Assembly: GCA_951406725.2 (NCBI GenBank)
Contig: OX597814.1
Coordinates: forward strand, 22,816,001 to 22,880,000
Length of the DNA stretch: 64,000 nt
Reading direction: 5' to 3'
DNA from: Octopus vulgaris
Taxonomy: Eukaryota
Shown here: positions 37,511 to 51,129 of the stretch, piece by piece
How positions within the stretch are numbered: the stretch's first letter is position 1
Layout of the letters: the number at the start of each line of letters is the position of its first letter
The notes under the pieces: generated by a model
Told to the model about the DNA's origin: nothing
Databases searched by the model: none
The model's input: only the letters and a program-made list of their open reading frames with translations
Position numbers and translations under genes: made by a program

Positions 37511-38409
37511 GTTTGTGTGTCTGTGTTTGTCACCCCAACATTGCTTGACAACTGATGCTGGTGTGTTTACGTCCCTATCACTTAGCAGTTCAGCAAGAGA
37601 GACCGATAGAATAAGTACTAGACTTACAAAGATTAAGTCCTGGTGTCGATATGCTCAACTAAAGGTGGTGCTCCAGCATGGCCACAGTCAAATGATTGAA
37701 ACAAATAAAATAATAAAAGAAAGTATATTTCAATGAAAGTATAATTTCGATAATCTGTTATGGTTTTAACACACTTATCTATTAATATCTTTATCATATA
37801 TCTTTCTCCGCATTATCATAATTGTGAAGATCTTGGACAATCCTGATGTTTGAAAGAATTCAGGAATTATGGTTATTTGTTAAATCCTGAAATAGATATG
37901 GCATGCATTTTATTAACAGGTTGAATGCGGTTAACAATATGCTTTGTCTAAAGGGACAGAGGTTAATAGATATTTTATCGTCTTAGGCCGAAGACCTCAC
38001 ATTGCAAATTCCAAATTTATACAAATTTTTCAATTTTTCATTACTGAAATTACTTCAGAGAACACTTTGTTTCAAGTTTCTGTAATATTGATCTTTTTAT
38101 CTAAGTATCTTTTTGCATTCAATAAGGATTCTAACTAGTTTGTTTCCCGATAGCCTTAAAAGCAATTATGTTAGTAGAGATTATCTTTCGTAATTTATAC
38201 ATTGGAGATATATGGTGAACATCAATGTCACCCCTAATGTCCTACTATACCATCCTAAATGAAAATTCCAGTCATAAGCTATCAAATATTTGATATCTGG
38301 AAAGGATATTGTTTAGTTATAGATAATTACTGATACTCATTTTATTAAATTACTGGCCTGTTAACAATGTTTTGTTTCAATGCTGTGCTGAAATACAGGA
38401 TGTATCTAT

Positions 38410-38896
38410 AAATATTTTACTAATACTGCATGTATATTTATGGATGTAAACATTCTGTATACAATATGCAGTAATATGTATCTGGAAGATCCTGGAAGGA
38501 ATTGTGCCAAATTTTGGCATTGAAAGCTACACCAATGCCAGAATGTGACGACACTGCATAGTGCCAAAGATCCCAGCAATGCCATCATGCTTCAAGACCA
38601 GTTACTGCAACAGCCTGGGTTTCAAGGGCCTACAACTTTTTAATATTCTCCCAAAGAGTCTGAGGAACTTGCACAAAGTAGATGTAGGGGTTTTTAAAGC
38701 AAAGCTGGACCTCTTCCTGTCGAGAGTCCCAGATGAACCTACCTCACGGCAAGAGGTGCAAATGAGGGTAGCTACATCAAACTCTATTCTTCACCAAGTG
38801 CCACATATTAGAGGAGGCTCTTAGTAATAACAGTGTAGCAAAATGGCGGTGCATCAGCATGGCTGCAGCTCTGAGCTGAAACTAGTAAAAAAAAAA
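38410..38896 (+). mobile_element. 3' end of a CR1-like LINE (ORF2 C-terminus plus 3' UTR)
   Basis: WKILEGIVPN...NSLGFKGLQLFNILPKSLRN...FKAKLDLFLSRVPDEP...SNSI; 3' UTR ggcggtgcatcagcatggctgcagc...ctgaaactagtaaaa. Confidence 0.75.
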
Positions 38897-40369
38897 TCTT
38901 TGTGGATAGCAAAAGAGGGATCAACCAAATTAGTTTCAATCCTGTATTAGAATTTCACCAACAACTGAATACCTTCTTTAATTCGCCACAGAGACATGGC
39001 TTATAGATTACCTTATAAAAATTCTGCTTGTCATTATGTTACTTAGCCTGTTGGTAACACTTTCATGTAATTAGAGAAAAAGCAGGAGAAAGAGAAAAAG
39101 AGAATAAGGCATAAAGTGAGGCAGAAAGAAAGAAAGAGAAAGAAAAAGAGGGAGAGTGAAGCATCCATGAAATTTGGTAGGGGGAATGTAATATTTATTA
39201 TGTGGTTAAAAATGTTAGTTGGAGGTAGTGATATAGATGAGAGTTAGGAATATAATTTTAGCAGAGGAGTGATGTTTTGATGGTGAGATTAAAGAAAGAC
39301 AGAGAGTGAGGACAGAGAGAGAGAGATGATGGTGGTGGTGACAATAGTGGTGGAGGTGGCAATAGTGAAAAGTAATTTTTTAATTTAAACTAAGTTTCTT
39401 ATATCACCTATCATTTGATGCATGCACATCCCAAGCGTGTCCTTCCCTTTAGAAAGAAACCAGTTTCCCATTCACCTGTCACATGCAATGACTATCAACA
39501 AATCCCAAGGGCAGTTTATTTGATAAAGTGGGGCTGTTCTTGCCTGAACCTGTATCCAGCCATGGTTAGCTATATGTTGCATTCTCAGGTGCTCGCAAAT
39601 TATCTGATGTAAAAGTTAAAGTTATCAACACTGACAAACAAGGGAAAAGAAGGAGAACTTATATGAAGGACAGAGTCTGCTAAGAAGTATTGGATTGATA
39701 GGTGCATGCAAACTGAAATTTATATTGGCTCTGACCCATCACCTTGACTTATAAGTTACCATCGATGTGCTTTTCAGTGTATGCCATGTTCCATTAAATT
39801 TTTAGCCTCATAAAACTGTAACCCCTATATCATCATCATCATTTTCAATGTCATTTAACTGATGCACTGGTATTAGTCATGCATGAATGGTGCTTTTTAC
39901 ATACCACTGGCATGAGAGCTAGTCAGGTACACTGGCATCATCCACACTCAAATGGTGCCTTTTATGTGCCAGTCAGGTGGCACTAAAGTAGTTTTTTTAC
40001 TATAAAATTTTTGTTTTCTAGATATGAAACTGAGACCATGTAAATTTTAACATGTAATTTTTCTCTGTATTGGAAATATGGAAAAATAAGAGTGAAGGTT
40101 TATTTTATGAGTGCTGTGTATTAAGTCTATAAAATTGCACATAAAGTATAAAAAGTATATATATAAAGTGCATTAAGTAATCATCGTATTCTAATTTCCT
40201 TCACTTTTCAATGAATAGCAGATGAGCAACTATCTTTTGATACAGACACAACACAGGCTATGCTTTCAGGTTTTTTGGATAAAATGTTTCAAGAATAACC
40301 CAATAGCTTTACTATTAATTCTGTGGAATATTCACAGGTCCTGCTAGTTATTAAGGATGGATGTGAAAG

Positions 40370-40562
40370 TGGCACACTGGGCAAAATGCATAGTGGTATT
40401 TCGTCTGCCTTCACGTTCTGAGTTAAAATTCTGCAGAGGTTGACTTTGCCTTTCATCCTATCAGGGTTGATAAATTAAGTAACAGTCAAGTACTGGGGTC
40501 GATGTAATCAATCATCCCTCTCCCAACAAATTCCAGGCCTTGAGCCTATAGTAGAAAGGATT
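40370..40562 (+). mobile_element. SINE family B-related copy
   Basis: gacttt gcctttcatcct..gg.tgataaattaagta.cagt domain; alternative tail cctatagtagaaaggatt. Confidence 0.7.
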
Positions 40563-41484
40563 AAGAATGGACATGAATTGAAGACTGAAGTAAAGTAGAT
40601 AAGGTCCAATATACCTAATACCCTTATTAATAGGGTTTGTAATTAGCATCCTCATGGATAAGGAGTTTTAGAGGGGCACTCAGTCATCGGGGAAATCCCA
40701 AAACATGACTGAATCAAATTGGGATTATCTCTTTTTTTTTTTTCTGTCTACAAACATGTTTATATGTTTCCATATATCTATCAGTGGTTAAGAATCTATA
40801 GATATTTTCTCTAGTATAGAATAACATAATTTTATTGAACATAAATAGAAAAAAAAAGATAAAGTTGATTCATACTGAATTTGAAAATGAAAATAATGAT
40901 GCTTTTACCAGTTGGGCTAAACCAACTCCAAAATAAAGTTAAGCATTATTTCCATATTTATGCAAAAATAAAATTTGATGGCGACTTTCTGACTGAATAA
41001 CTACCAAAACCGGATAGTTAATAACTAATTAATAACCGAGATGTCTTAGTTAAAATAATCCACCCTACTAAATTGATTAAATTTACATTGTATTAATGGA
41101 ATTCAATCATATAACACTCTGGCATATGTAATATCATGCTGGCCACTCTCACTATCTGGTGTACTAAATAATGATTAATCAACTAGCTCTTTACTGTCAC
41201 TTTACTTAAGCAAAATGTATCAGAGTTTCAAAATATAATTTTATCTAATGAAAGTATGGTAAAGAAACTTGCTTCTGTTACAGCTCTGAGCTGACCAAAG
41301 TCTTGTAAGTGGATTTAGCAGGTACAATAGCTTAGCACAGACCTCTGGTTCATCTGTTTATGTTGAACTGTCCAACCTATGCCATCATAGAAAAACGGAC
41401 TTTGAATGATGGCTATGCTGCATGTACGTGTGTGTGTGTATGTGTGTGTGTGTGTGTGTGTGTGCATGTGTGTGTGTGTCTTTG

Positions 41485-41712
41485 CTTTGATATCATGGTT
41501 GTAAATGAGCATCACCCTCATACAAGCCACATTATTCATTTGCAGTCTTCTGTGAAAAACTTGTCTAGTCATGCAGAAATATTACCTTGCTTGGAAATAG
41601 GTAATGGCTGATGGTAGGAAAGGCATCTAGCCATAGGAAAACTGCTTCAACAAATTCTGCCTGACCCATGCAAACATGGAAAAGTGGACATTAAATGAAA
41701 ATGGTAATGATA
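41485..41712 (+). mobile_element. SINE-like element sharing the family C 3' end (also ~59080-59290)
   Basis: aggaaaggcatctagcc.tag.aaa...cccatgc...atggaaaagtggacattaaatg tail. Confidence 0.6.
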
Positions 41713-41954
41713 ATAAGAACAGAATGTAGATATTTAATAAAGGAAAATGGAATATTGCTACAGCCACACTTGTTGGAGACATGCCATGCAAATAAAAACA
41801 TGCTACTCTAATAAAAATTTCAACCTGGCTTGTAGAATAAGCTAAATCAGATTTTGCCTATAATCTACATTGCTTCTCATAGCTTCTGAAAGTAATACTT
41901 TTTTAAATTAGAACTAGGCTAGATATTTGGGAGCACAAGATGTTATAAACAGAA

Positions 41955-42512
41955 TCGTCATCATCATCATTGTTTAATGTCCATTTTCCGTGCTGGCATG
42001 GGTTAGACGATTTTGACTGAGGGCTGGCGAACCAGATGGCTGCACCAGGCTCCAATCTTGATCTGCAGAGTTTCTACAGCTGGATGCCCTTCCTAACGCC
42101 AACCACTCTGAGAGTGTAGTGGGTGCCTTTTTACATGCCACCGGCATGGGGGCCAGTCAGGCGGTACTGGAAATGACCTTGCTCGAATCTTTTTACACAT
42201 GTCACTGGCACAGGTACCAGTAAGGTGACGCTGGTAATGATCACGCTCGAATGGTGCCCTTTTACGTGCCACTGGCACGGAAGTCAGGTAGCTGCTCGGG
42301 CAACGATCATGCTCAGATGGTGCTCTTGGCACCCTACAAGCACGGGAACAAGTGCCAGTAAGGCAATGCTGGTAACAATCACACTCGAATGGTGCCTTTT
42401 ATGTGCCACCGGCACGGGAGTCGGTTAGTCATTCTGTCAACAATTACTCTCGGATGGTGCTCTTTGCACCCCGCTAGCACGGATGCCAGTCATCGAATTT
42501 GATTTTGATTTC
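41955..42512 (-). mobile_element. SINE-like family C
   Basis: Conserved body, ~6 minisatellite units, (GATTT)n end. Confidence 0.85.
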
Positions 42513-44529
42513 ACTATTCTCAACAAGTCTTCACAAAATCATTCTTAGAATATAACTGGTACTTATCTTACTGCATCTCACACCTAGATTGCAACTTATA
42601 AAAAAGCAATGTCGATCCTGTTTAAGAATTGAACGCAGTATGTAGGAGATGGAATCTAAATACAGTGCAATATTTAATTTAGTGCTCTTCTGTTTTGGTT
42701 GCACCACCACCACTACAACCGCCACCACTGTCATGCTCCTGAAAATATTAACGACGAACTAAAAAAAAAAATGGTAATAAATCAATATCGGTGTGAAAGA
42801 AGATAATAAGACAAATTGTTATCATCAGGAGAGTTTTCTAAGTGGTTCTATTCTAGCAAAATAGCCGCATAATTTCAGACTAATCTATACATCAATAGCA
42901 CTTCTGCGAAATGATCTGATGCTAATAAAAAAAAAAGCTGTAAGATGTATTAATTTGAATAATACAAAATTGTCTAATATCTAATCTTTGCATGAATTCT
43001 ACTTCCTGAGAGTGCTGTCAAACAAAAGGAAGGGAATTTATCATTGTTCTTGTGACACAGCTGCTACATATCCCATATAAATGTTGACCTCAGGAAAAAG
43101 CAGCCAAATCTTGCTCAAATCACACTCTTCTCTTTTGCAAACAGAAGGCTATATTAGATCTATGGTGTTCCCTTATAAAGTGTATCTGACAAGGTGATGG
43201 GATGATCATAGTTGGAATAATAGTTCTACTCAGTCAGGGCTCATTTGGGCTAAAGTATAACACATGTAAACCAAAATAATATTTAAGAAAATAATAGCTG
43301 AGCTTAATTATTCAAGTTACTGTCAGATTGAAACTCTCACCAGTAAAGGTGGCGTAGTGGGTATGGCAGTAGGTACTGACTATGGATTGAATCAATGATA
43401 TTTCTCATTACATATGTCTCATTGGTTAGCTGGGAGCTGTATTGTTTGGCCTGGCTGCTTGCTGAACCTATATAAAATCAATCAATGATATTTAATTTTG
43501 ATGAATCATATTTATTTCTATATCGATGTTACAAAGTTTACTTACCGGAGGCTGTATTGCTGAATGCAAGAAGTGGGTTTATGTACATATGGTAAGAAGT
43601 GAGATCAGTATATATCATGCTAGCGAGATATGAGAATGTCCTACGTCCTTGGTAGGTGAGGTGGTCCTTTTTTAATCTGAGGTTAACCAGCGTAGCTTAC
43701 CAATAAACTCCTTCCAAACCTCTGTCTTCTCTCGAATCTCTGCCCTCTTTTGAACCTCTGCTAAGCCCGTACTGCGCATCTCTGTTGGTGGCCGTGTTAT
43801 TTTCTCTTTTTTTTGTGTGTGAGGGAAATGTGTGGAAGTTTCCATTTGAATCATATGATTTTACAAATGCACCTGAAGTATGATTGGTTGAAATATAAGC
43901 AAAGATCACCTGATATGTCATGGCAGAAGTCCGTTAGAAAGTTGTCGCAGTTTCGAATCTTAACTACTGCTACACGCAAATGAAGCAGTTGAAATTAGGT
44001 AAAGTGATAGAGAGGTGCTGGGGGAAGTGAGTTAGAGTTATAAGGCTAATAGTAGAGAGAGAGGTTAAATATGGAATGATCAAATGCTGTTTTCCGTTAC
44101 ACCATGGGGGTGGAACAGTAGATAGGATTGAGGGACTGTGATTGAGTGACAGATGAGTGTTTAAAGAAATGGAGAAGGAGAATCATTTCATATCTTCCTG
44201 AGTGTCACTCGGGCTCAAGTTCCAGCCACTTCTTGCGATTGGTATTTTTTTGTACAATTGATGTTCTTGGTATCTTTTATACAGTATGCCCATGCTAGTA
44301 GTTTTCTCCCTTACATTCTACATTCTTACTAATAAAGCTGGATTTTTTCTCAGCTCATTTGAACTCTGTTGCACAGGCACAGAGTGCTCACTTTATTTCT
44401 GTCTAATCATCAGAGGTCACACACACATACATGCACACACACACACACAAACATACATACGTACATGCATACATAAGTACCTACATAAATACATACATAC
44501 GTACGTACATACATACATGCATGCATACG

Positions 44530-44561
<32 letters not shown>

Positions 44562-45773
44562 TCTACATGCATACAAATATATACATGCAAACACCTGTAC
44601 TCATTTTCCTTTTCACACATGCTTGCATATGGATACATAAAAATGCATATACACATATATGTGTGCACACATATACCTATGAATGCACATAAAAAAGTGA
44701 TATATGTGTGCCTGTGTGTGTATGTAATTTTTTGTACAATTCATTTGAAATGAAGATATTTTAATAATAAGAACACCAAGGGTTGAGATTAGCATATTTG
44801 TGGATTATGATATATGGTAAACAGTGCATTTTCACAACGTAATCGGTTTATTCATCAATAAAAAACCCGCCTGAAACAGCTGTAGAGAACCATAGTCCAT
44901 TTCTGTTCTTTACACACACGCACACACGTATTTTTATACAAGCATAGTCAAGTGTATGTGTATAAATCTCATGTTCCCTAGTTCCCTAAAGAAGAGCCGC
45001 AAGGAGTAGCAAGATACATCGTGTCATTTTAAAATATAATAAATACAATATAAGGGTTAAGAAAATCCATATTAGTGTTTGAACATCTTAAAAGACAGGT
45101 TTTATTACTTTGTTATATTGAAGTATGATTAATAAAGCAAAGTACGCAATAGTTTTCATTATTTTTTCTATTTCTTTTTTTTTTTATTTTGCTTTCATTT
45201 TAACATTAAAACATACCTTGTACTCAACTTTTTATGCGAAGTGCACCAGTAATTTTTTCCATATTTTATTTAATCACTAGTGTACCAGAAAATTTATTTT
45301 TTATTTAATCTATACTTTGGTACAAAATGAATAATATAAACGCTTGCGTGTCAGTATGAGTAAGTGTGCACGAGTAAGACTGTGTATATGTGTGTGATAT
45401 AAATACACACATACATATATGTTTGTGTGTGTACGTGTATGCATGTCTCCATGTGTATAGACTCTATCTGCTTTTCTTATTAGTCATATTTACATTAGTT
45501 TTTCTTCTTTCATTTACTCTTTCTCATATACATTTTCTTTAGAAGCATTTCTTTTTCTGCTTTTGATACTAATGAAGAAATGTGTTTCAAATATTTTCTC
45601 ATTATTATTTTTCAGTTCTCATTCACCATGTTGTAATAAAAAAAAACCCGTCTCCACCTCCAGTATTCGTTCATATACTTTAGTTTGTAGTTTAGCTTAT
45701 TGATGAGCATTCACTACTGAGCATACTCACAAAACTGGGAGTAACTATAGAGAGTAGTCTTAGCATTATTATA

Positions 45774-47345
45774 CAGGTTGTCCCAAAAGTAACTGATGGA
45801 TTTCAAGTTTTAATAACTTCCTTAACTTTGCAGATATATGCCTAAAATTTGGTTGCAATATAAAGGACATAGTGGACATTAATATACATGAGTCAAAATT
45901 TGCAAAACCACTATATCATTAGCACCACTACATCACATAAAAATTTGGTGAGTTTACTGTTCCTATGAAGAAAAGAAAATCATCTGCCACCAACAGAATC
46001 ATTGAAATGATAAACCTCAGGGGTTAAGTGTTGCATGGCATAGAAATTTGCCAGATGTAAACAGCGTAATGGCTGAATGATGGGTTACAGAGCGACATAG
46101 TAAAACTCTGAGGATATAGCACGTTTGTTTTTGTTTACTGTTTTACAAGCAATAAACAGGGCCTTTTAATACCAAAATATCAGCGTCATGAACCACAGAG
46201 CATGAACAACTTGGCACTAATGCTGTGAAAGTGATGGATTTAAACTCACTTCTATAATTCAATTTAATGTTCACAGCAGACGGATCACAAGGTGTATGCT
46301 GATATATAAGGTCAGTTCACTGAAAGAAACCGAACTTCTAACATCATCGCACCAACCAGTCGACAAAGCATGTTCAAGACTGTAGTGTTTAGTACAGATG
46401 ACCGTATCTTTTAATTTTATAAACACCACCTCTATTTAGCATGTTTGGCAATTTGTTAAAAGTTGTAAATGAAGGGTTTGGAAGATCAGCATATTTGGAG
46501 AAATTCTGCTTCAAATTATGAAAAGAAAAAGACTTTTACTCAGAGAATTTCTAATGCCAGCATTTCAAGTCGTGAAAGACATATCGAATATAATCTTAAA
46601 TCTGGACAACTTTTCACTTCGAAAGTGAATGCTGTGATCAGTAAAAATTGTTGAGTTACTGTGAAGTTTCCTTAGATGTTGACATTTCTAAAATTTGTAT
46701 TCCATGATGTTAAAGAAAACTTAAAGATACATCCTGTTGCTGTAAAATTTGTGCCACAATTGACTCACAGTCAATCAGGAAGACTTTTTTATCATTCAAA
46801 TTTTGAAAGATTCTCTTTGAGAAAGAAGGTGGAAAATGTGTGTTTACCATTACAGGGTCACAACAAAGCAATCATTGCTGTAGCATAGATCCTCATCGCT
46901 GCAGCAGAAAAAGCACATCAATGTTGCTTAAACTTAAGGGTGATATTGATCATGATTATGCCATTTGAAAGGTGACCTCAATCCTATGGTTGCTCTAGTA
47001 GGTAGGCATGCAAGAAGTAGCCATACGTTGATAACTCGAAATGTTAACGAGAGCAGAGGAAGAAGTCTGAAGTATAAGCATAACAAAACCTCGTACATCA
47101 CTCTTTATCGGAGCTTTTGTAGCAAAACATAAGATGCCTCACATCCTCAGCCATCCTCCTCTGTGGATTTGGCTTCTCTTAGATTCCGGTTTTGAAATCC
47201 ATTGTAAAAGGTTACCGACTTCAAGCGTTAGATGAAATGGAAAGAATATTTTCTACAAGAATTGTACACTGACCCTGTAAGCAAGTTTCAGGATGTGTTT
47301 CAAAACTGTTATAATGGAAGGCAAGGTTTACAATATTGGAAGAAT
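45774..47345 (+). mobile_element. Highly degenerate Tc1/mariner remnant(s)
   Basis: TA|CAGGTTGTCCCAAAAGT terminus at 45774; AVKFVPQL at ~46738; PQPSSSVDLA...LKSIVKGYRLQALDE...FQDVFQN at 47140-47310. Confidence 0.55.
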
Positions 47346-47377
47346 ATCGTCTTCTTCTATCATCTTTTTGTTCTTCG

Positions 47378-47764
47378 TGTAGTTCAGGCTTCCAGCAGGC
47401 GAAGAGAAAAGGCTTCAAGTACAAATGCTATTTACAACTGGTTTATTTACAAGATTCACAGTATGCAGCTCTCAGCTACCATCTTTAGCTGTGTGCATTG
47501 TGTAGTAGCTCTCTTAGTGCGGGCTCATTGCCTCTGGAGATACACATGCAGAAAGCCTCAGACAACGGTGGTGTTCAACCAGCACTGCTGTGAGGTGGCG
47601 CCAAAATGAGAGAGATCTAAACCAGGTTTTCCCTTTATATAGTTTGCCATCGCAAGCCTCGTTGTGGCAAATGAATGCAGGTGGGGTCTCGCTCCAGTCT
47701 CAGAGATGGCAATGGCTGCTGCAAGATCTCATCCAGTATGGTGCTAGCTGCTTGTGCCACTACA
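47378..47764 (-). mobile_element. Probable solo LTR
   Basis: TGTAGT...ACTACA termini; minus-strand TATATAAAG (~47633-41) followed downstream by AATAAA (~47442-47). No clean TSD. Confidence 0.5.
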
Positions 47765-48574
47765 CTGTAAGAACATTGGAAACAATGTATCAGCAGTGGA
47801 CAGGACTATTTTCATGATTAAATTGTTAAGTAAATCAATATATTTTTTTTAAAGTTAGCTTGCTTCTGGTACAGATCCCTTATGAACCTTGTGTTTATTT
47901 ACTAAAAATTCAATTGCAAATTCTAATATACATCTTCAAAGAAGCTGACATTTTTATATTGATTTGTATAAGGCCTTTCTAAACTCTTGTTTATGGTTTA
48001 GCCATTTTTGTCGATGATTTCATTCTTCAAAAGTCTATACTTTACCATCGATCAATAAATAAAAAATGTCTCGTACTTATTCAGTATTTAAAATGCAAAC
48101 AAGTTTTCTCTCAAGTTCCCAAACAGATCAATGCCTCTATAATGTAATCATTAGCATGTTTTAATGGTCGACAATAGATATGTGATTTCTCTAACAAAGT
48201 TTATCACATTTTCCTTTGATTTTAATGTTTATGTTTCTATATTGATTAATATTGACTCACATGAGTATTTTAGAATTGTTGCATGTTGTAGAGCACTGGA
48301 CAAGAGCCTAAAATTTTCAATTTGTCTTTAATCATTCTTAGTTCAAATATCACCCAAATCAATATTAACAGGAAAACACTGAATCTGGATGAATTATTTG
48401 AAGACAACACTTCACTAAGTATTTCCATTATTTAGGTAGTAAACACACGAAGACTGCATTTGAAGACAAAAATATTCATAGAATATTTAGTATTATTTGA
48501 TGTCTATGTAATTCTCATTAGAGTTTCTTTCACTACACCTACCTTATATACACATACACACACACATATATATA

Positions 48575-49448
48575 CTGGGTGCGGTGAATATACTGTCATC
48601 TAAATTACACAAAAATGAAAATAACACTGAAATCTCATTTTAACAGATATGTTTACCAAAATTACATGAAAATATCTTGAATTACCTAAGAGTAAATTTA
48701 TTCAATAACACTACAATTTGCTTCAACCACGGCCTCCAGACAACTTCAGAATCTTCTGCAACTCTTCTGGACAGTCTCTTTGTTTACGTTGGTGAATGTT
48801 GCCATAATCCTTGCCCTTGGTTCATCTTGGGTGTTACAAGGAGTTTTGTTGGTCTCTTGCTCAACTGCGCCACACACATAATAATCAAGAGGGTTGCAGT
48901 CTGGGGAGTTAGGTGGCCAGATGTTAGGGGTGATGTGGTTGCAGAAATTGTCTGACAGCCACGACTGGGTTCTCCAACTTGTATGGTATGGTGCAGAGTC
49001 ATGTTGCCAGACATAGAGTCTTCCAGCAGCCACCCTCTTGACCCAGGGTAGCACTACCTCCTCCAAGCACTTGATGTAGTTCTCTGTGTTGGGTATGAGG
49101 CCGTGTGGGAAGATGAAAGGAGGCATAACGTTGCCATCACTATTGATCACTCCAAACACCCTGATGTTGACTGGATGTTTGATTTTTATCACTCTCGGTA
49201 CATGTCCTCAGATTGACAGCCAAACATTCTGAAAAGCTCGTATTGGAACTCCTGGCATGAATGCCAGGCAGTACAGCATGTCGTTTCCAAATTTCTGGCA
49301 GAGTGAATTGCATCATGGTGCTGTTTTTCTCACAGACAGTACCCAACTGACCCTACGATATTGTGTGGTTGACAAAGTCAAAAATAAACAATGTACATGT
49401 GGGAAATAAAAAAATATAAAATGGCAGCAATTTACCCATCGCACCCTG
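48575..49448 (-). mobile_element. Internally deleted DD37D (maT) Tc1/mariner element
   Basis: TA-flanked TIRs c.gggtgcg...; ORF 48746-49192 contains QHDSAPYH...WPPNSPDCNPLDY with 37 residues between the two aspartates. Confidence 0.85.
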
Positions 49449-49458
49449 TATATATGTT

Positions 49459-50186
49459 ATTTACTTCAGACTGTGATCATGCTGGGACTCCATCTTAAAA
49501 TGTTTTAGCTGAACCAAGTTGACTTCAGTACTTATTTTTAAAAACTGGTAATTATACTATCGATCACTTTTGCCAAATCTCTAAGTTACTGGGGCGTAAA
49601 CAAATTAACACTGGTTGTCAGGTGGTACCAGAGAACAAACAGCAGATACAACGACACATATACAACACCTATATATATATGTACATACCAACACAAATAC
49701 ATATATACATACATACATACATACATACATACATGCATGCATGCATGCATGCATACATACATACATGCATACACAATGAGCTTCTTCTGTATACCAAAGC
49801 CACTCACAAGGCTTTAGTTAACCTAAGGCTGTAGTAGAAGAATACGCCCAAGGTGTGAGGCAGAAGGACTGAACCTAGAAGCAAGTGGTTGGGAAGCAAT
49901 CTTATTTCTTTATTGCCCACAAGGGGCTAAACATAGAGGGGACAAACAAGGACAGATGAAAGAATTAAGTCGATTACATCGACTCCAGTGCATAACTGGT
50001 ACTTATTTAATCGATCCCGAAAGTTTGAAAGGCAAAGTGGACCTCAGCAGAATTTGAACTCAGAACGTAACGGCAGACGAAATACTACTAAGCATTTCAC
50101 CCGGCGTGCTAACGTTTCTGCCAGCTCGCCGCCTTCTTACCACACAGAAGAAGCAATCTTCTTACTACACAACTGCGTCTGCTCCT
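49459..50186 (-). mobile_element. SINE family A interrupted by SINE family B (49903-50133)
   Basis: The family A head is split around a full family B copy. Confidence 0.75.
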
Positions 50187-50832
50187 ATCATCACCATACC
50201 ATTTTCGTCATCATTTTCCGTCCGTTTTCCATACTGGCATGGGTTGGACGGTTTGACAGGATCCAATGAGCTGCAAGGCAGCAGCAAGCTCTGGAGTCAG
50301 CTTTAATGTGGTTTTTATGGTTGGATATCCTTCCTAATGCCAACCGCAATACGGAATGTACTGAGTGCTTTTTTCATGCCACCAGCATTGGTGAGGTTGC
50401 TATGTAACTTGCAAGACAGGAAAAGAACTGACGAAAAACTCCCACTACCAAAAGGGGAGTATTCGAGAGGGGAAGGTGGTGGTGCGTGGCTTCATGCTAC
50501 ACGTTTATAGGCTAAAGACAAAGTGACAGAAAGTCAAGAGGGCCCCAATAATGTATGTATGTATGTATGTATGTATGTATGTATGTATGTATGTATGCAT
50601 GCATGTATGATTGAATGTATGTATGTGCGTGTGTATTTGTGTGTAAGTATGTGTTTGTGTGTGTATGTGTGACTGGCTTGTTTCAGTTTCCATCTACCAA
50701 ATCCACTGACAAGGCTTTGGTTAACCTGGGACTATAGTAGAAGACACTTGCCTGGAATGCCATGCAGTAGGACTGAACCCAGAACCATGTGGTTGGAAAG
50801 CAATCTTCTTGCCTCACAGCTTCATCTGTGAC

Positions 50833-50880
<48 letters not shown>

Positions 50881-50990
50881 ATCTATCTATCGATCGATCG
50901 ATCAGTCTATCTATCTATCTATCTATCTATCTATCGATCGATCGATCAGTCTATCCATCTATCTATCCATCTATCTCAATATGAATATTT

Positions 50991-51038
<48 letters not shown>

Positions 51039-51129
51039 TGTTTCTTCATTTTGTTTTAACTTCTACTCTTCAGTATCATCAACAACTGCAAGCTAGAAGT
51101 ATTCCACTTGTTCACATGCTTTGAATCGA

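Larger units (their letters stand above)
37064..37720 (+). mobile_element. SINE family A, interrupted in its (TA)n tract by an HHR element
   Basis: 5' half at 37064-37223, 3' half at 37500-37720. Confidence 0.88.

Noticed and set aside
44980-45030. Additional HHR (ctaaaga...gatacatcgtgtc)
   Set aside because: Both core segments are mutated and there is no convincing helix I.
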